From the NCBI GenBank assembly GCA_951406725.2, contig OX597814.1, forward strand, positions 92,132,001 through 92,196,000: DNA of 64,000 bases. The letters run 5' to 3'. Within the stretch, counting starts at the first letter, position 1, and each line of letters opens with the position of its first letter. Below, one piece after another: positions 1-11,680 of the stretch. Under the pieces are notes generated by a model. That model was not told where the DNA came from and did not search any database. It saw nothing but the letters and a program-made list of their open reading frames with translations. Source of the stretch: Octopus vulgaris (Eukaryota). The position numbers and the translations under genes were made by a program.

Positions 1-1258
1 GCAAATAACAATGAAAAGCTGGTGAAGTGGGAAATTACACCACCCCAAAAATGGTTTAAAGAACTTGAAAGTAAGACAGTGGTTTTGAGGACCTACTCTA
101 GGACCCTAGACGCCATTGCCGTTTTCTGAAAGGATATAATCGAAAGAGAACTGGCAGAATTTAAGCCAGCGATTAGGTTTATCACTCGGTGAGTCAACTG
201 CGCAAGCATGTGGTTGCTGTTTGACTCCCCAGAAGTGGCCTGTGAATTTGCAAGTCAGCCCCTGGAGGGTAATGTAATCTTGTTTCTTCCCACTTATTGT
301 GGGAAGAGTTTGACGAGGGCTTGGGTTTGCGGCTTGCCACCCGGAGTTGAGCCCCAGTGGATAGGAGATACTATCCGCCAGGATCTAGATGGCAGTAGCA
401 CCAAGCTCCTTAGCGTATATATTCTGCATGCGGTTGACTGAGAGGTGTCAAAAGCTGTTTTGACTCTATGGACCCAGTCAACCGAAAGTCTGGTATTTCC
501 AGACATTTTGAGAATGGCCGGGTCTAAGTATCCGTTGATTCTTGAGAGACGCCCCGCTCCAAGTGTCATCGGTGCTTGAAGCCTAGCCATATAATTAAAG
601 AACTGTTCTCAAGGGCAAAGCAAAGTCCCGGAGCGGTTGACGGAGACCTCTGTAGAGGAGGGAATAAAGGCGGCCGAAGAGACGGAGGACTCCTCAAAGA
701 AGAGCCGCAAAAGGGAAAAGGAGAGCAATAATGGGTGCTCACCGAAGGATCCTGGGGATGGGGGAGGGGAGGCGAATCTCCACGTCACGGAGAAGACGCA
801 CTCCCCCAGTCGAGAAAAAAAAGAGAAAGAGGAGGAGAAACGGGACATTGCCGGCAGTCGGAGACATGACGCCGGAATGTCACGAAGCCTCGTCGGTTGT
901 GCCACCGGAGGGGGTAGAAATACTATTGCCGGGAATTGTGCCACCAACGGTGGAATTGACCGACCCGGACCCGATGGATCAGAAACAGTTGGTCTTCTTT
1001 TATAGAGGCGGAGAGGTGGAAAAGATAGTGAAAGAACACTACGAGGGAATACCTGTGGTCTTCACACAGGACCACGAATGGCCTCCGCAGATAGCTGTGG
1101 AGGTCATATCGTTGCGCCTGTTTATGATGCTGGACGGACTAAAAGAAGAATATCGCTCGTGGCCCGGTAACGCCAACTTGGACCCCGCCGTGATTTTAAA
1201 CAAAGCATTGGTTATGGCGGAGTACACGGACACAAGCGATTATGATGTGGAAAATTGA
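1..1258 (+). pseudogene. Degenerate ORF1 (gag-like, CCHC zinc knuckle) of an L1/Tx1-type non-LTR retrotransposon
   Basis: Frameshifted reading gives VCGLPPGVEPQWI..., then C-H-R-C-L-K-P-S-H-I-I-K-(N)-C (Cx2Cx4Hx4C, 564-606, one extra base), then a charged low-complexity tail ending at 1258. A Tx1-like ORF2 remnant follows at 1805. Confidence 0.55.
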
Positions 1259-1597
1259 CAAGAGGTTGAAAAGCCTCAGTGTTATAAATTGTAAGAGGCC
1301 CAGCACCTCATTTGTAAATGGACTAGTGTTGATTGTATATTGAATATTTTTTGCATGTTAATATTTGTAATGGACTATTAAGTCCAAAAACTGTAAAAAC
1401 TGTTGTGAGAGGTTCAATACCTCGCTTTGTTTATTCTGTTTTAAAAAAAAGAATGTTTTAGAGAAGAAAATCGGCGGGCGTTTTTGCCTTCTCTCATCAA
1501 TATCATCCTTATTTCATCATTCACCTCATCAATGTATATGTCCAGCCCGCAGCTACTCTTTGTAATTGCTTTATGGCAAATGTTTTATGAAATAAAG

Positions 1598-1795
1598 TAG
1601 CTTACTTACCAACCACATGGTTCCGGGTTCAGTTCCACTGCGTGGCACCTTGGTCAAGTGTCTTCTACTATAGCCTCGGGCCGACCAAAGCCTTGTGAGT
1701 GGATCTGGTCGGCAGAAACTGAAAGAAGCCCGTCGTATATATGAATATATGTATGGGTGTGTGGGTGTGTTTGTGTGTCTGTGTTTGTCCCTCCC
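1598..1795 (+). mobile_element. tRNA-derived SINE (octopus-type), 5' part
   Basis: B-box-like GGTTCAGTTCC, then CTGCGTGGCACCTTGG.CAAGTGTCTTCTACTATAGCCTCGGGCCGACCAAAGCCTTGTGAGTGGAT. A second copy lies inverted at 10278-10380. Confidence 0.75.
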
Positions 1796-1804
1796 GCCTC
1801 CAAC

Positions 1805-2590
1805 ATCTGGCGTTATATAGAGGTTTAATGGCGGGCAAGTGTAAGCTCGTTCTCGGGAAGAGCCTAAGCGCCGACAAAAATCAATGGTTGGTCTGTTTCG
1901 GTGGACTTTCTCGCCGGAGCCTATGGATAATTTCCAGAAATCTTTGGCCTGGCAGTGATACCGGGTGTATTGTCGGTTACGGGGAAACTCTACTAGCACA
2001 GAGCAAAGAAAGTGTTCTGCGCACACTTGACCTGTGTCCAAGCATTACCGACTTGTGGTTTTATGTCAGCAATTGCTGTCATGCGTAGGATGGACCCGGT
2101 TATCGACTAAGTTTATTATGAAGATTGGCTCGTCGCCTTCTTTTGGCTAAGAAGGGCAAGCAGTGTTTCTTTGTCTGGAGACCTTCGCGAAAGAGATCAT
2201 TGGGTGAACCAAATTGCAGAGGTTGAAAACTTACATTTTCGTGGTTGATCAAGCCCTCATTAACATTTTCATGTTTCACTTGAATAGGAGGATGAGGATA
2301 GAGATGGAAGTACTACCTCGCAGCAGTTTTGTTAAAAGGGGGATGAACGTTGCAAGAATGTTCCTAGTATGTTGAAGGAGGGGGATATGGAGAGGACACT
2401 TGCTCCATTGGTCAGGGCGGCTGTGATTTTGTGGAATCTTCTCGAGGAGCCCTGAGAAGTCTTCTGCTGTTAGGGACATTTATCGTTGTCACACGATTAC
2501 ATTTTGTTTCATTTTTATATAACCCCTCAATACATTATCCTATACCATCCTCAATTTTTCTGTGAACTCTTAATGGTTACTAAAGAATAC
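1805..2590 (+). pseudogene. Degenerate 3' end of a Tx1/L1-like ORF2 (zf-RVT region) plus 3' UTR
   Basis: PMDNFQKSLAWQ...CPSITDLWFYV aligns with the better-preserved copy at 57683-58084 (MNNFQRSPAWQ...CPTISDLWAYV); has stops and frameshifts. Confidence 0.7.
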
Positions 2591-2600
2591 ATTATTGTTG

Positions 2601-2820
2601 TTAAGGCAGCGAGCGGGCAGAATCTTCAAGACTACGGACTAAATCCTTTGCAGCATTTCATCCATCTTTTACGTTCTGTGTTCAAATTCTGTCAAGGTCG
2701 ACTTTGCCTTTGATCCTTTTGGAGTGGATAAAAGAAGTAATAGTTGAACGTTGGGGTCTATATAATTGCCTTCCCCATTCTCCTGAAATTGCTGGATTTG
2801 TACCAAAATTTGAAACTCAT
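2601..2820 (+). mobile_element. SINE, diverged copy of the family at 19362 and 41446
   Basis: GGCAGCGAGCGGGCAGAATC...GTTCAAATTC...AGGTCGACTTTGCCTTT...GATAAA...TGGGGTC is shared with 19362-19588. Confidence 0.65.
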
Positions 2821-2904
2821 TGTTGTTATTGTTGCTGCGGTTAATTTTGTTGCTTTCGTTGTAGATGTTGTAGTAATTATCATTATAAATATTACCATTA
2901 TTAT

Positions 2905-2932
2905 TACTTATTATTATTATTATTATTATTGC

Positions 2933-2963
<31 letters not shown>

Positions 2964-2976
2964 GTTATTATTATTA

Positions 2977-3011
<35 letters not shown>

Positions 3012-3056
3012 GTTATTATTATTATTATTATCTTCATTATTATTATTTTTATTATT
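2905..3056. repeat. (TTA/TAA)n microsatellite, target tract of Dong-type elements
   Basis: Seen directly. Similar tracts at 3447-3507, 7382-7526, 26408-26441, 28349-28388, 28940-29064 and 47304-47351. Confidence 0.95.
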
Positions 3057-3444
3057 CTATGTTTGACTTTTGCATTACATTTGTACAAGTTGGCTCCAAG
3101 TCTCACCCAGAGACCTCAAGAGACAACAGGTTGGAAGTTCATGTCGTTGTTATGCCTAGTGTGCCATATATCATGACTGTTGAGTACTATGTAGGCGTTA
3201 GAAGACTGCACTACGAGACAACATGATCAATGGTTTCATTTTGTTGTTGACATACAGGACATGTTGGGCTACTGCCGTTCTTTAATATGTTGGCCATGAA
3301 GTTCCTTGTTGGTAGGCATTGATCTTGAGCTGCTATGATAAACCCTTCTGTTTCAGATTTTACGCCAGAGGCCATTAGCCATTGATGGGTCAGGGCTTTG
3401 TCAACATCTGCATTCTTCGCTCTCTTTGGGTATTTGCCATAGAG

Positions 3445-3445
<1 letters not shown>
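3057..3445 (-). mobile_element. R4/Dong retrotransposon family A, 5'-truncated and internally deleted 3' fragment
   Basis: LYGKYP...ETEGFIIAAQDQ...CPVCQQQNETIDHVVS joined directly to the family A 3' UTR; (TAA)n on both sides; highly similar to 26442-28345. Confidence 0.9.
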
Positions 3446-3507
<62 letters not shown>

Positions 3508-3661
3508 GCCATTTACTTTTAATCTGCATGTTTGATGCAATCACCTGCCGGGGCACACCCAGCGCCCAAGGGCAAGTGAAGGTTAAGAGTTGTTGAAATA
3601 TAGCTGAAAGCTTGGGGAGGGGAAGTAGAGATATATCTCCATGTAATGCAAACACAGACAT

Positions 3662-4693
3662 TTACATTGATAGGGTTTTTCTAAGGATGTGGGCAGTACT
3701 TGTTAGCACAATCTTTTGGATTTCCTTGAGACATGGTTTTCCAGGGATATTGTCTAGGTGTTTCTGACATCCCTTTTTTATCATACCTAGGGCACCTACA
3801 ATAACAGGAACAGTTTTTGTTTTAAGATTCCACATCCTCTGTATTTCGATTTCCAGGTCCTTATATTTACTAAGTTTGTCAAATTCCTTGACAGATACAT
3901 TTTTATCAGTGGGGACGCTTACTTCTATTAGTCTGCAGGTATTTTCTTCCCTGTCTTTAACAATTATGTCTGGTCGATTAGCCTTGATCGTTCTGTCAGT
4001 GTTGACTGGAAAATCCCAGAGGATGGTGACATCTTTACCTTCAACAACTGGCTGAGGATGGTGTTCATACCAGTTAGCAGGAGTGTCGGATTTGTAGTGT
4101 TTACATATATTCCAATGTATATACTGTCCTACCCTATCGTGGCGATTTTTGTATTCGTTTGGTGTCAGCACAGGACATCCCGAAACGAGATGGTCTATCG
4201 TTTCGTCAAATGTGTCGCAGAATCTGCATTTAGGGTCAGTACCGTTTCGGAGAACGTTAGCCTGGTAATTTCTGGTAAACAAGCTTTGATCTTGTGCTGC
4301 CATTATGAAACCTTCAGTCTCTGCTTTCAATCCAGAGCTCTTCAGCCACTGATGGGTTGTTGCTTGGTCTACATCAGCATTTTGGCTTCGGAGAATATAT
4401 TGTCCATGCAGGGGCTTCTGGCTCCACCGCCTCTCAATTTGATTCTGCCCGTTCTTTTTTGCAGTCTGCTTGATTCGCTTTGCTTGCTTGGTAGCAGTGG
4501 TTTCCGGCTCTTCATCTGATTCAAGGTTAATGTCTAGTTCCCTTTCGAACTTATAAGCTTCCTTGACAATAGAATGCAGCTTTTTGTTGCTTTCGTGTTC
4601 GCACACAAGTCGCAGCATCCAGTCCTTTGTACTAGATAGGTACCTGTTCATTCCTACAGTAGAGGTCTTATAGCACAGCTCTAATTGCATCAT
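3662..4693 (-). CDS. R4/Dong polyprotein C-terminal part: zinc knuckle and restriction-like endonuclease (343 aa)
   Basis: LHGQY, ETEGFIMAAQDQ, CRFC..ETIDHLVSGC, RHD, RPDII...IEVSVP...K..KY, PVIVGALG. Continues the 891-aa ORF if one G is restored at 4700-4704. Confidence 0.92.
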   Translation of the reverse strand: MMQLELCYKTSTVGMNRYLSSTKDWMLRLVCEHESNKKLHSIVKEAYKFERELDINLESDEEPETTATKQAKRIKQTAKKNGQNQIERRWSQKPLHGQYILRSQNADVDQATTHQWLKSSGLKAETEGFIMAAQDQSLFTRNYQANVLRNGTDPKCRFCDTFDETIDHLVSGCPVLTPNEYKNRHDRVGQYIHWNICKHYKSDTPANWYEHHPQPVVEGKDVTILWDFPVNTDRTIKANRPDIIVKDREENTCRLIEVSVPTDKNVSVKEFDKLSKYKDLEIEIQRMWNLKTKTVPVIVGALGMIKKGCQKHLDNIPGKPCLKEIQKIVLTSTAHILRKTLSM

Positions 4694-7365
4694 TCCTCTC
4701 CCCCGCTGCTTCTAGGTAGGTACAAGCGGTCTACATCTGCCTTAGGGTGGTGCATGCTCTTGGATGTCAGTAACTTTCTTGCCTTCCTGTCTAAGCGTTG
4801 GAGTTCCGTAAGGTTCCAGTTAATGATATTAAAACTGTACTGGACTACTGGAAGTGCCAGGGTGTTAATGGCCTCAATGCAATTTTTGGAGTTGAGTTCA
4901 GTCTTCAGTACAAGCCTTATTCTCCTATAGTATTCCTTTCTTATTTTTTCCTTCATAGTAGCATGATGTATACCATCTCCTTCGTTGATTCCTAGGTATT
5001 TGTAACTTTCCTGTGGGTCAAGTTTCTTGATGGTAGTGTCAATATCTAATTTAACAGAAGCTGTTTGCCTGAGCTTGCCTCTTACAAAAGTTGCTTTAGC
5101 ACACTTATCAAGGCCAAAATCCATTCCGATATCATTGCTAAACTCTTTAACAGTTGTTAGCAGCCCTTCTAGCTCTTGGTCATTCCTGGCAAACAGCTTT
5201 AGGTCGTCCATATAGAAAAGATGGTTTATTAATTTACTAAAAACTTTGTACCCATATCTGGTACTATCCAATTCGTTTGAGAGTGGGATCAGTGCCATGC
5301 AAAAAAGTAATCGAGAGAGGGAGTCACCTTGAAAGATGCCTCGTTTGATGTTGATGCTGTTGGACTGGCTCATCCCATTACTATGGCTTAGAAAGAGACG
5401 TGTGTTCCACATGGTCATGCTATTCTCTAAGAATTTTGAGACGACAGGAGAGATCTTGTATATCTCAAGGGCCTTGAGTATCCATTTATGTGGGACACTG
5501 TCATACGCTTTCCTGTAGTCTATCCATGCCATACTCAGGTTTTTGTTTTTGCTCCGGCAATTCTCTACAATCATTCTGTTTATGAGCAATTGGTCTTTGC
5601 ACCCATAAGAGTTTCTTTTACAACCTTTTTGAGCTTGTGGAAGGATAGAATTTTGTTCAAGGAAAGCGTACATTCTCTCCGTTATTATGGATGTGAGGAT
5701 TTTGTAGGTGGTGTTGAGACATGTTATTGGCCGGTAATTCTTTGGGTTTTTTGTGTCTTCGTTTTTAGGTAATAGGTAGGTGGTTCCTTCAGTCAGCCAA
5801 GCAGGTATTTGCTCTGGGTTCTGAATGACATCAGACAGAGATGCAGCGAGATGTTCGTGTACCTCTGTCAAACAATTCAGCCAGAAGTTAGGGATCCGAT
5901 CCAGTCCTGGGGTTTTCCATTTATGAGCCTTCCTAAGGACACACCTTAGCTCCTCTATTCCTATTGCTTCCCATTTCTGTTCTTCAAGTTCATCCAGTCT
6001 CTCTTTCTCACGTTCTATCCAGTCAGCCTCAGCATTAAACTCTTTTTCGTTGCTCCATACCTTCTTCCAGAACTCCTCCACTTCCTCAATCTTAGGTGGA
6101 TCTTCTATGTGTATTTTATTTTTGCCAATTTCCCTATAAAATTTCTTTGCATCTGTCTTAAAAAAATTATTTTGTCGATAAAATTTGTTTCTTTTGTCAT
6201 ACCTTCTAAGCCGTTGAGCTTTCAACTGTATCCGTTGTTTCAACAGTTCCTTAGTTGCAGGGAGGTTTATGAGATCTTTGATTTTATATTTTTGCTTGAT
6301 TTTTCTAGCTTTTCTCGGCTTAATATTCACTCCTCTAGCAAGCTCATCGAGAATTGAAACATCCGCCCGCAGAGATTCAATCTCTTTTTGTATCGCTACT
6401 TTCCACTTAGGAGGTTCATTGACATGCCTGGCCTTTTTCTTTGTCATTTTAATACCTAGTTGGGTAGTTACTACTTTAGCAGTGGAATAAATGAGATTAT
6501 TTAAGGTTGTCAAATCATTCCCCTTATTTCTTAAGATCTGTCCTAGGGCAACGTTATATGTCATGATTGTGTTGTTATTTCTTGTGCCATTTGAAAACTT
6601 TGGTAGTGGTTCTCTATTAACCATGTCAGTGAGCTCAATCTTGCCGAGTTCTCTCATAATGTCCACTTTTGCTTCCATAATCTTTTCTCTATTATTCACC
6701 TCAAATTCTATGTCATATCTATTTTGGTTTTCTTGAGGAAGGTCTACGTTCTCCTCTTTTTTCAAATCTCTCGTCTTCGCTATTCTTTGTTTAACTTCCC
6801 CATTGGGAAGTTGATTTGCCGCTTGTACACTGGCTTCTGTGCTACTGTTACCTATTTCGTCTACATTGTTGCTGTTTTCTTTTGGTCTACCATGAGCTAT
6901 CAGTGTCCTAATTTTGTCAATTTCAGCGTCAGTTAGTCTTTTGTTTTTAATTATATCTCTGCGTACATTACTTAATTTATTTGCGTCTATATATCTACGT
7001 ACGTCATTGCCTACTGAATTTCTCCATGAGATGTATGTTTGTACACTGAGGTTATTATTTGGGTTTAGTTGGGCTGTATAAAAAGCTTTCAACACATCTC
7101 TATAGTCCTCTCTGGTCCATTTTATACGTTTTGCTTTAGGTGGTGTTTTTGGTGGTGTCACTACAAGTCCAGAGTTAGAAGTATTCTGGTTCTGGTCACC
7201 TGGTAGATCGTCATTTTGAGAGTTTGTTCCAGCAGCAAACTTTTCGACCCCAGTCTGGTTCCCTACTGGGTAACGCGGTCCTTGTTGTCCCGGGCGATGA
7301 CCGATCCGGCATGATTTTTGGCTTGTTTTCATTAAATGATTGACGGCGACATCAGAGGGGTCCAT
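4690..7365 (-). CDS. R4/Dong polyprotein, N-terminal part and reverse transcriptase (891 aa; ends at a frameshift)
   Basis: Motifs WKTPGLD, NYRPITCL, QKGC, AWIDYRKAYDSV, GIFQGDSLS, HLFYMDDLKL, YKYLG, RLYLPRSSGG. Confidence 0.92.
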   Translation of the reverse strand: MDPSDVAVNHLMKTSQKSCRIGHRPGQQGPRYPVGNQTGVEKFAAGTNSQNDDLPGDQNQNTSNSGLVVTPPKTPPKAKRIKWTREDYRDVLKAFYTAQLNPNNNLSVQTYISWRNSVGNDVRRYIDANKLSNVRRDIIKNKRLTDAEIDKIRTLIAHGRPKENSNNVDEIGNSSTEASVQAANQLPNGEVKQRIAKTRDLKKEENVDLPQENQNRYDIEFEVNNREKIMEAKVDIMRELGKIELTDMVNREPLPKFSNGTRNNNTIMTYNVALGQILRNKGNDLTTLNNLIYSTAKVVTTQLGIKMTKKKARHVNEPPKWKVAIQKEIESLRADVSILDELARGVNIKPRKARKIKQKYKIKDLINLPATKELLKQRIQLKAQRLRRYDKRNKFYRQNNFFKTDAKKFYREIGKNKIHIEDPPKIEEVEEFWKKVWSNEKEFNAEADWIEREKERLDELEEQKWEAIGIEELRCVLRKAHKWKTPGLDRIPNFWLNCLTEVHEHLAASLSDVIQNPEQIPAWLTEGTTYLLPKNEDTKNPKNYRPITCLNTTYKILTSIITERMYAFLEQNSILPQAQKGCKRNSYGCKDQLLINRMIVENCRSKNKNLSMAWIDYRKAYDSVPHKWILKALEIYKISPVVSKFLENSMTMWNTRLFLSHSNGMSQSNSINIKRGIFQGDSLSRLLFCMALIPLSNELDSTRYGYKVFSKLINHLFYMDDLKLFARNDQELEGLLTTVKEFSNDIGMDFGLDKCAKATFVRGKLRQTASVKLDIDTTIKKLDPQESYKYLGINEGDGIHHATMKEKIRKEYYRRIRLVLKTELNSKNCIEAINTLALPVVQYSFNIINWNLTELQRLDRKARKLLTSKSMHHPKADVDRLYLPRSSGGEE

Positions 7366-7380
7366 TTTTTCAGAGTCAAC

Positions 7381-7448
<68 letters not shown>

Positions 7449-7459
7449 CATTATTATTA

Positions 7460-7526
<67 letters not shown>

Positions 7527-7528
<2 letters not shown>

Positions 7529-7768
7529 TATGTTTGACTTTTGCTTTACATTTGTACAAGTTGGCTCACCCAGAGACCTCAAAAAACAACAAGTTGGAAG
7601 TTCATGCTGGTGTTATGCCTAGGGTGCCATATATTTGGGTTTTTTACTTAGTGATGAACTAGTGAATGTCTAAAAACCATGCGAAAATTATGTTTGTTTT
7701 AAAACTTGAGATTACATAGAAAGCATTTTGCGTAGAATATGACCAGTTCCCATGAGCACTATCTGTAT
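7527..7768 (-). mobile_element. R4/Dong family A short 3' fragment
   Basis: IVLMGTGHILRKMLSM* plus the family A 3' UTR, between TAA tracts. Confidence 0.88.
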
Positions 7769-8419
7769 CATTATTATTATTATTATTATTATTATTGTTG
7801 TTGTCGTTGTTGTTGTTGCTGTTGTTGTTGTTGTTGCTGTTATTCATTTTTGATATCTTTGAATAGCAAAGCAAGATCTCTGCTGGCTACATTCGTATAT
7901 ACTTACAAAACACTCAGCAATTATGAAACAATTCAAAATATTTGACTTTGTAATGAAAGTATGTGGCATCATGTTATCGTTATGCTGCATAAAGATAAAG
8001 CAGCACTTACCATATCATTCATGTCATTCATTACTTATGTTTACCCAAATGCCGTCTCTATAGGAAGAATAGAGAAAATTATACAAAATTTCAATGACTA
8101 ATAAACAGAATGGAATATTGTATAAATAATTGTTCCAAATATTATAATCAATACATGTTTTGGCTGATAGCCAGTACGTTTCATAGTATCATGGTAAAGT
8201 TGAAAGGAAACTGAAAAGAGCCAAATATCATTGAGTGTGAGTGTGTGTGTGTATGTGTGTGTATGTGTGTGCGCGGTGCGTGCGTGCGTGTATGTGTATG
8301 CCCATGTGTGTGCATTTGTGTGTGTGTGTTGATGTCATAAGAATTTAGAAACTATCGAGAGAACACGGAATAATTCTGTTTTTGAAATAAATCTCGAAGC
8401 ACATAAATGTTATTTATCA

Positions 8420-8460
<41 letters not shown>

Positions 8461-8555
8461 CGTTTAAAAAACAGTATTTGCATGCTCTAATTTATTGCAT
8501 TTATATCAATCGAGATCCATTTCCAAGAAGACAATTATCTCCTCTGTTTATATAT

Positions 8556-8608
<53 letters not shown>

Positions 8609-8771
8609 TAGGCATTACTGTACGTCCTTTCCCGTGGTTTCTTTTCAATCTAAAACTATTGCATGTCATTTACATTTATCATAATGTGCAAGAGAGTGAT
8701 ATCGCAGATATACAGGGATGGGTTAACTTAAAAACATACAAAAATATAAACACACATACACATATACGTGC

Positions 8772-8804
<33 letters not shown>

Positions 8805-10277
8805 AACAAATCAAATTGCGATAAAATAAAAATAATTATAATCGCTGGTATTACTAACACATATGTATGTGTGTGTGTGTATAAACATATATATGTGTGT
8901 GACTGTGTGGGGGCGTGTGTGTTTATACATATAAATATATATATATATATATGCGTGTGTGAGTATATATATATATATATATATATATATGCAAATTTTA
9001 GGTTAGTTAGAATATGCTTGTGACCTGTTTCAAACGCTTCCTAAATGAAATACAATGCACTTGCCGTGGAGAAAATTTTTTGTTATGGTAAAAACGTGTA
9101 AAAAACACATCTGTCCAGTGACACCATCTATCACGATTCCAAGACATCAGTATTTCTAGCTTCGTTATCTGTTATCAATGGGAAATACCTAAGACATATA
9201 ACTCTAGACAGAACTCGCCGTACCAAAAGATAATACAACAGGATATAATGTAAAAGTAATCAAGACTTGCCATAAGGTTATGTGAAGCCAACATAATGTC
9301 CACAACTATATACCAATAGTAAATTCGCACACAAACACATACACACTTGCTCACATTTATAGACATATATGCAGTGAGTGCACGTAACCTAGTTGTTAGA
9401 ATGTGCAGTCACGAACTTGAGATTGCAGGTTCGATTCGCGGACTGGGTGATGTGGGTTTTTTGTTCCTTTTTTTTTTTTTTTTTAAAAAAAAAGCAATTC
9501 GTTTCACGTCACTCTGCGATCACTTCGAAATCTGACATGTGACACAATATTTTTACACATATAATGTCGATTCGAAATAAGGAGTAACGTAATATACACT
9601 ACATTCGAGTGTGCGTGTGTGTGTGTGTGTATGTGTGTGTATGTGTGTTTATTGTGTGTGTGTATATATGTGTGTATTGTCTGTGTGTGTGCTTGTGTAT
9701 TTGTGTGTGTGTGAATGTGTGTGTGTGTGTGTACATATGTAGCGGTGTAGGTAGCTATATAGTTAAATGATCTCCCTTGCAAGAAAGAACATAGAGTAAC
9801 ATCACTTTCCCAAGCTTCTCGAAGCACCGTTGCCATGAGACGTGATTTCTAATTATTCAACAATCTCGGAGTTTCTCTTGGAAGTTTCCAGAATGTCTAG
9901 CGTTTCATTAATAAAAACAGCTTGCTAATCCAGCTTTATGTTTCTTACTCGATTAGACTTAGAGCAGTTCACGTCGTTGGCATGCCCGTCTATTTCTCTA
10001 CGCTCCATAGCCGAAATGACTGAAAGCCACCACTTCGCTGTTGTTCTACATTTCCAACCTCTGAACTTTCTTGCATAGACTACTTCCTTCCACTAGTTTC
10101 TACAATTTGATGCAACGTATTAGAATGGATTGAAGAATTACATATATTTTTTATGTAGTAAATGTATAGATCTTGTATTTATTCTTTCATCTCTGTATGA
10201 ACTCTTGTAATAACATACATGCAGCCTCATCAACAACTTGTACAGTCTATATATTCTACTACACATACATATATGCA

Positions 10278-10380
10278 TACAAATCCACTCACAAGGTTTT
10301 GATCGGCCCGAGGCTCTAGTAGAAGACACTTGGCCACGGTGCCACGCCGTAGGACTGAACACCCGAACCATGTGGTTGGA
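10278..10380 (-). mobile_element. SINE fragment (same family as 1598-1795)
   Basis: Reverse complement of CCAACCACATGGTTC...CGTGGCACC...CAAGTGTCTTCTACTA...CCTTGTGAGTGGAT. Confidence 0.75.
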
Positions 10381-10534
10381 AATATCTCAAAAATAGTATA
10401 TTTTATCTTAATGTTTTTTGCATATATATTTTCATACTTACCTTCGGCAGTGCACAACACAATTTTGTGACATTTGGGTCTCTATTTCTTAACGAAAATG
10501 AGTAAACACAATTTTGTACTTACTCGTGACATCA

Positions 10535-10580
<46 letters not shown>

Positions 10581-10991
10581 ATGACTACAGTTTTATTAGC
10601 TTATTACATACTCTTAATTCTAAAGTCCCACGTCCCACCGTTCTGGAAAAATGCCTGGCCCCCTTCTAAATTCGTTCCCCCACTTTTTACACTGTTGATA
10701 AAACATATATCATTAAAATAAGTCAATAACATCACCTCAAAATTATGGTCTGTGTTACTGATATAAATTGATGCACTTTTATAATTATATTTTCTTTTAC
10801 TTGCTATGAAATGGTTATGATTGTATTGCCTATGGGAATCATAAAATGTCTGGAAAATAATTAAACAATTAATATCATCTTTCAATGTCAATTTTTAAGA
10901 TGGTAACAAAAACTTCCTCCAGAGGTAGGAAACTAGAGGAATATTGGAAACATTACGTTGAGATGTTTTTTACCACACAGTATACATATTT

Positions 10992-11520
10992 ATACGAAGA
11001 TTATCCGAAAATGTCATAGGGTAACTATGAAGGAGGAATTCTAGGACTTTGACATATTGCATTCATTAATTTCAACACTTCTTATTATTAAATGCAGTGT
11101 TTTTTTCCAGGCTATCAAGACCAAACGCTCAGGAAGACTGTCGAAATGCGTCTGGTTTCATCTGCACAATGCTTCATCACACGTCCTTGTTTCAATGGTG
11201 CCGTGTGTGACTGTGATTGTGAAGTGTTTGATCACCCTCCATCTTACTTTGAACCCACCTGACAATCATCTGTTCCCCATCATAAAAAGACTGCTTGACT
11301 GGGAACTAGTATAGCAGTGATTGAGATGTCATATCTGTTGCTGGTGACTGTTTTGAACAACATGAAGACAGATACTTCACCAATGAGATCCAACCACTGC
11401 AACACCGACGGAAGCAGTACTCAGTGTGCAAGGATGACTATATAAAGAAATAAACTTCATTTGGTCATATTCCATGAAAGTAAATTGGTCAGCCTGGGGA
11501 ATTTTCAGCCGACCATACTA
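10992..11520 (+). mobile_element. Internally deleted mariner DNA transposon relic
   Basis: AIKTKRSGRLSK..WFHLHNASSH...DHPP...DNHLFP...LQHRRKQ...DDYIKK* resembles the mariner transposase C-terminus; TA..GAAGATTATCCGAAAA / TTTTCAGCCGACCATACTA are degenerate TIR-like ends. Confidence 0.7.
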
Positions 11521-11680
11521 AGTACCAAATGAGCATTGGGGTTGATGCTGTCAGCTCACTCCTTCCTCCAAATTTTAGGCAATGTGTCTTTCGTAAAAAG
11601 AGTTATATACATATACGTGTGTATGCGTGTGTCTGTGTGTATGTATATATATGCATATATATATATATATATATATATAT

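Larger units (their letters stand above)
3508..7383 (-). mobile_element. Near full-length R4/Dong-clade non-LTR retrotransposon (family B) inserted in (TAA)n
   Basis: Single long RT+RLE coding region, ~150 nt 3' UTR, TAA repeats at both ends. Confidence 0.93.

Noticed and set aside
4690-4704. Programmed ribosomal frameshift between the two Dong ORFs
   Set aside because: R4/Dong elements have a single ORF, the paralog reads through GGRG in frame, and there is no X XXY YYZ slippery heptamer; a simple indel explains it.
4058-6936. Plus-strand ORFs overlapping the Dong element, and likewise 35514-38356 over the PLE
   Set aside because: Antisense shadows of the real retroelement ORFs.
7215-7383. 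5' ribozyme (hammerhead or HDV-like) in the Dong element
   Set aside because: CUGAUGU and GAAA with a nearby hairpin exist, but stems and the cleavage site do not assemble; I found no HDV fold by eye.
10442-10487. Possible 46-nt minus-strand host exon (AG...GTAAGT)
   Set aside because: Splice-like signals alone are common by chance; the peptide is unrecognisable and I found no partner exons. RNA-seq would decide.
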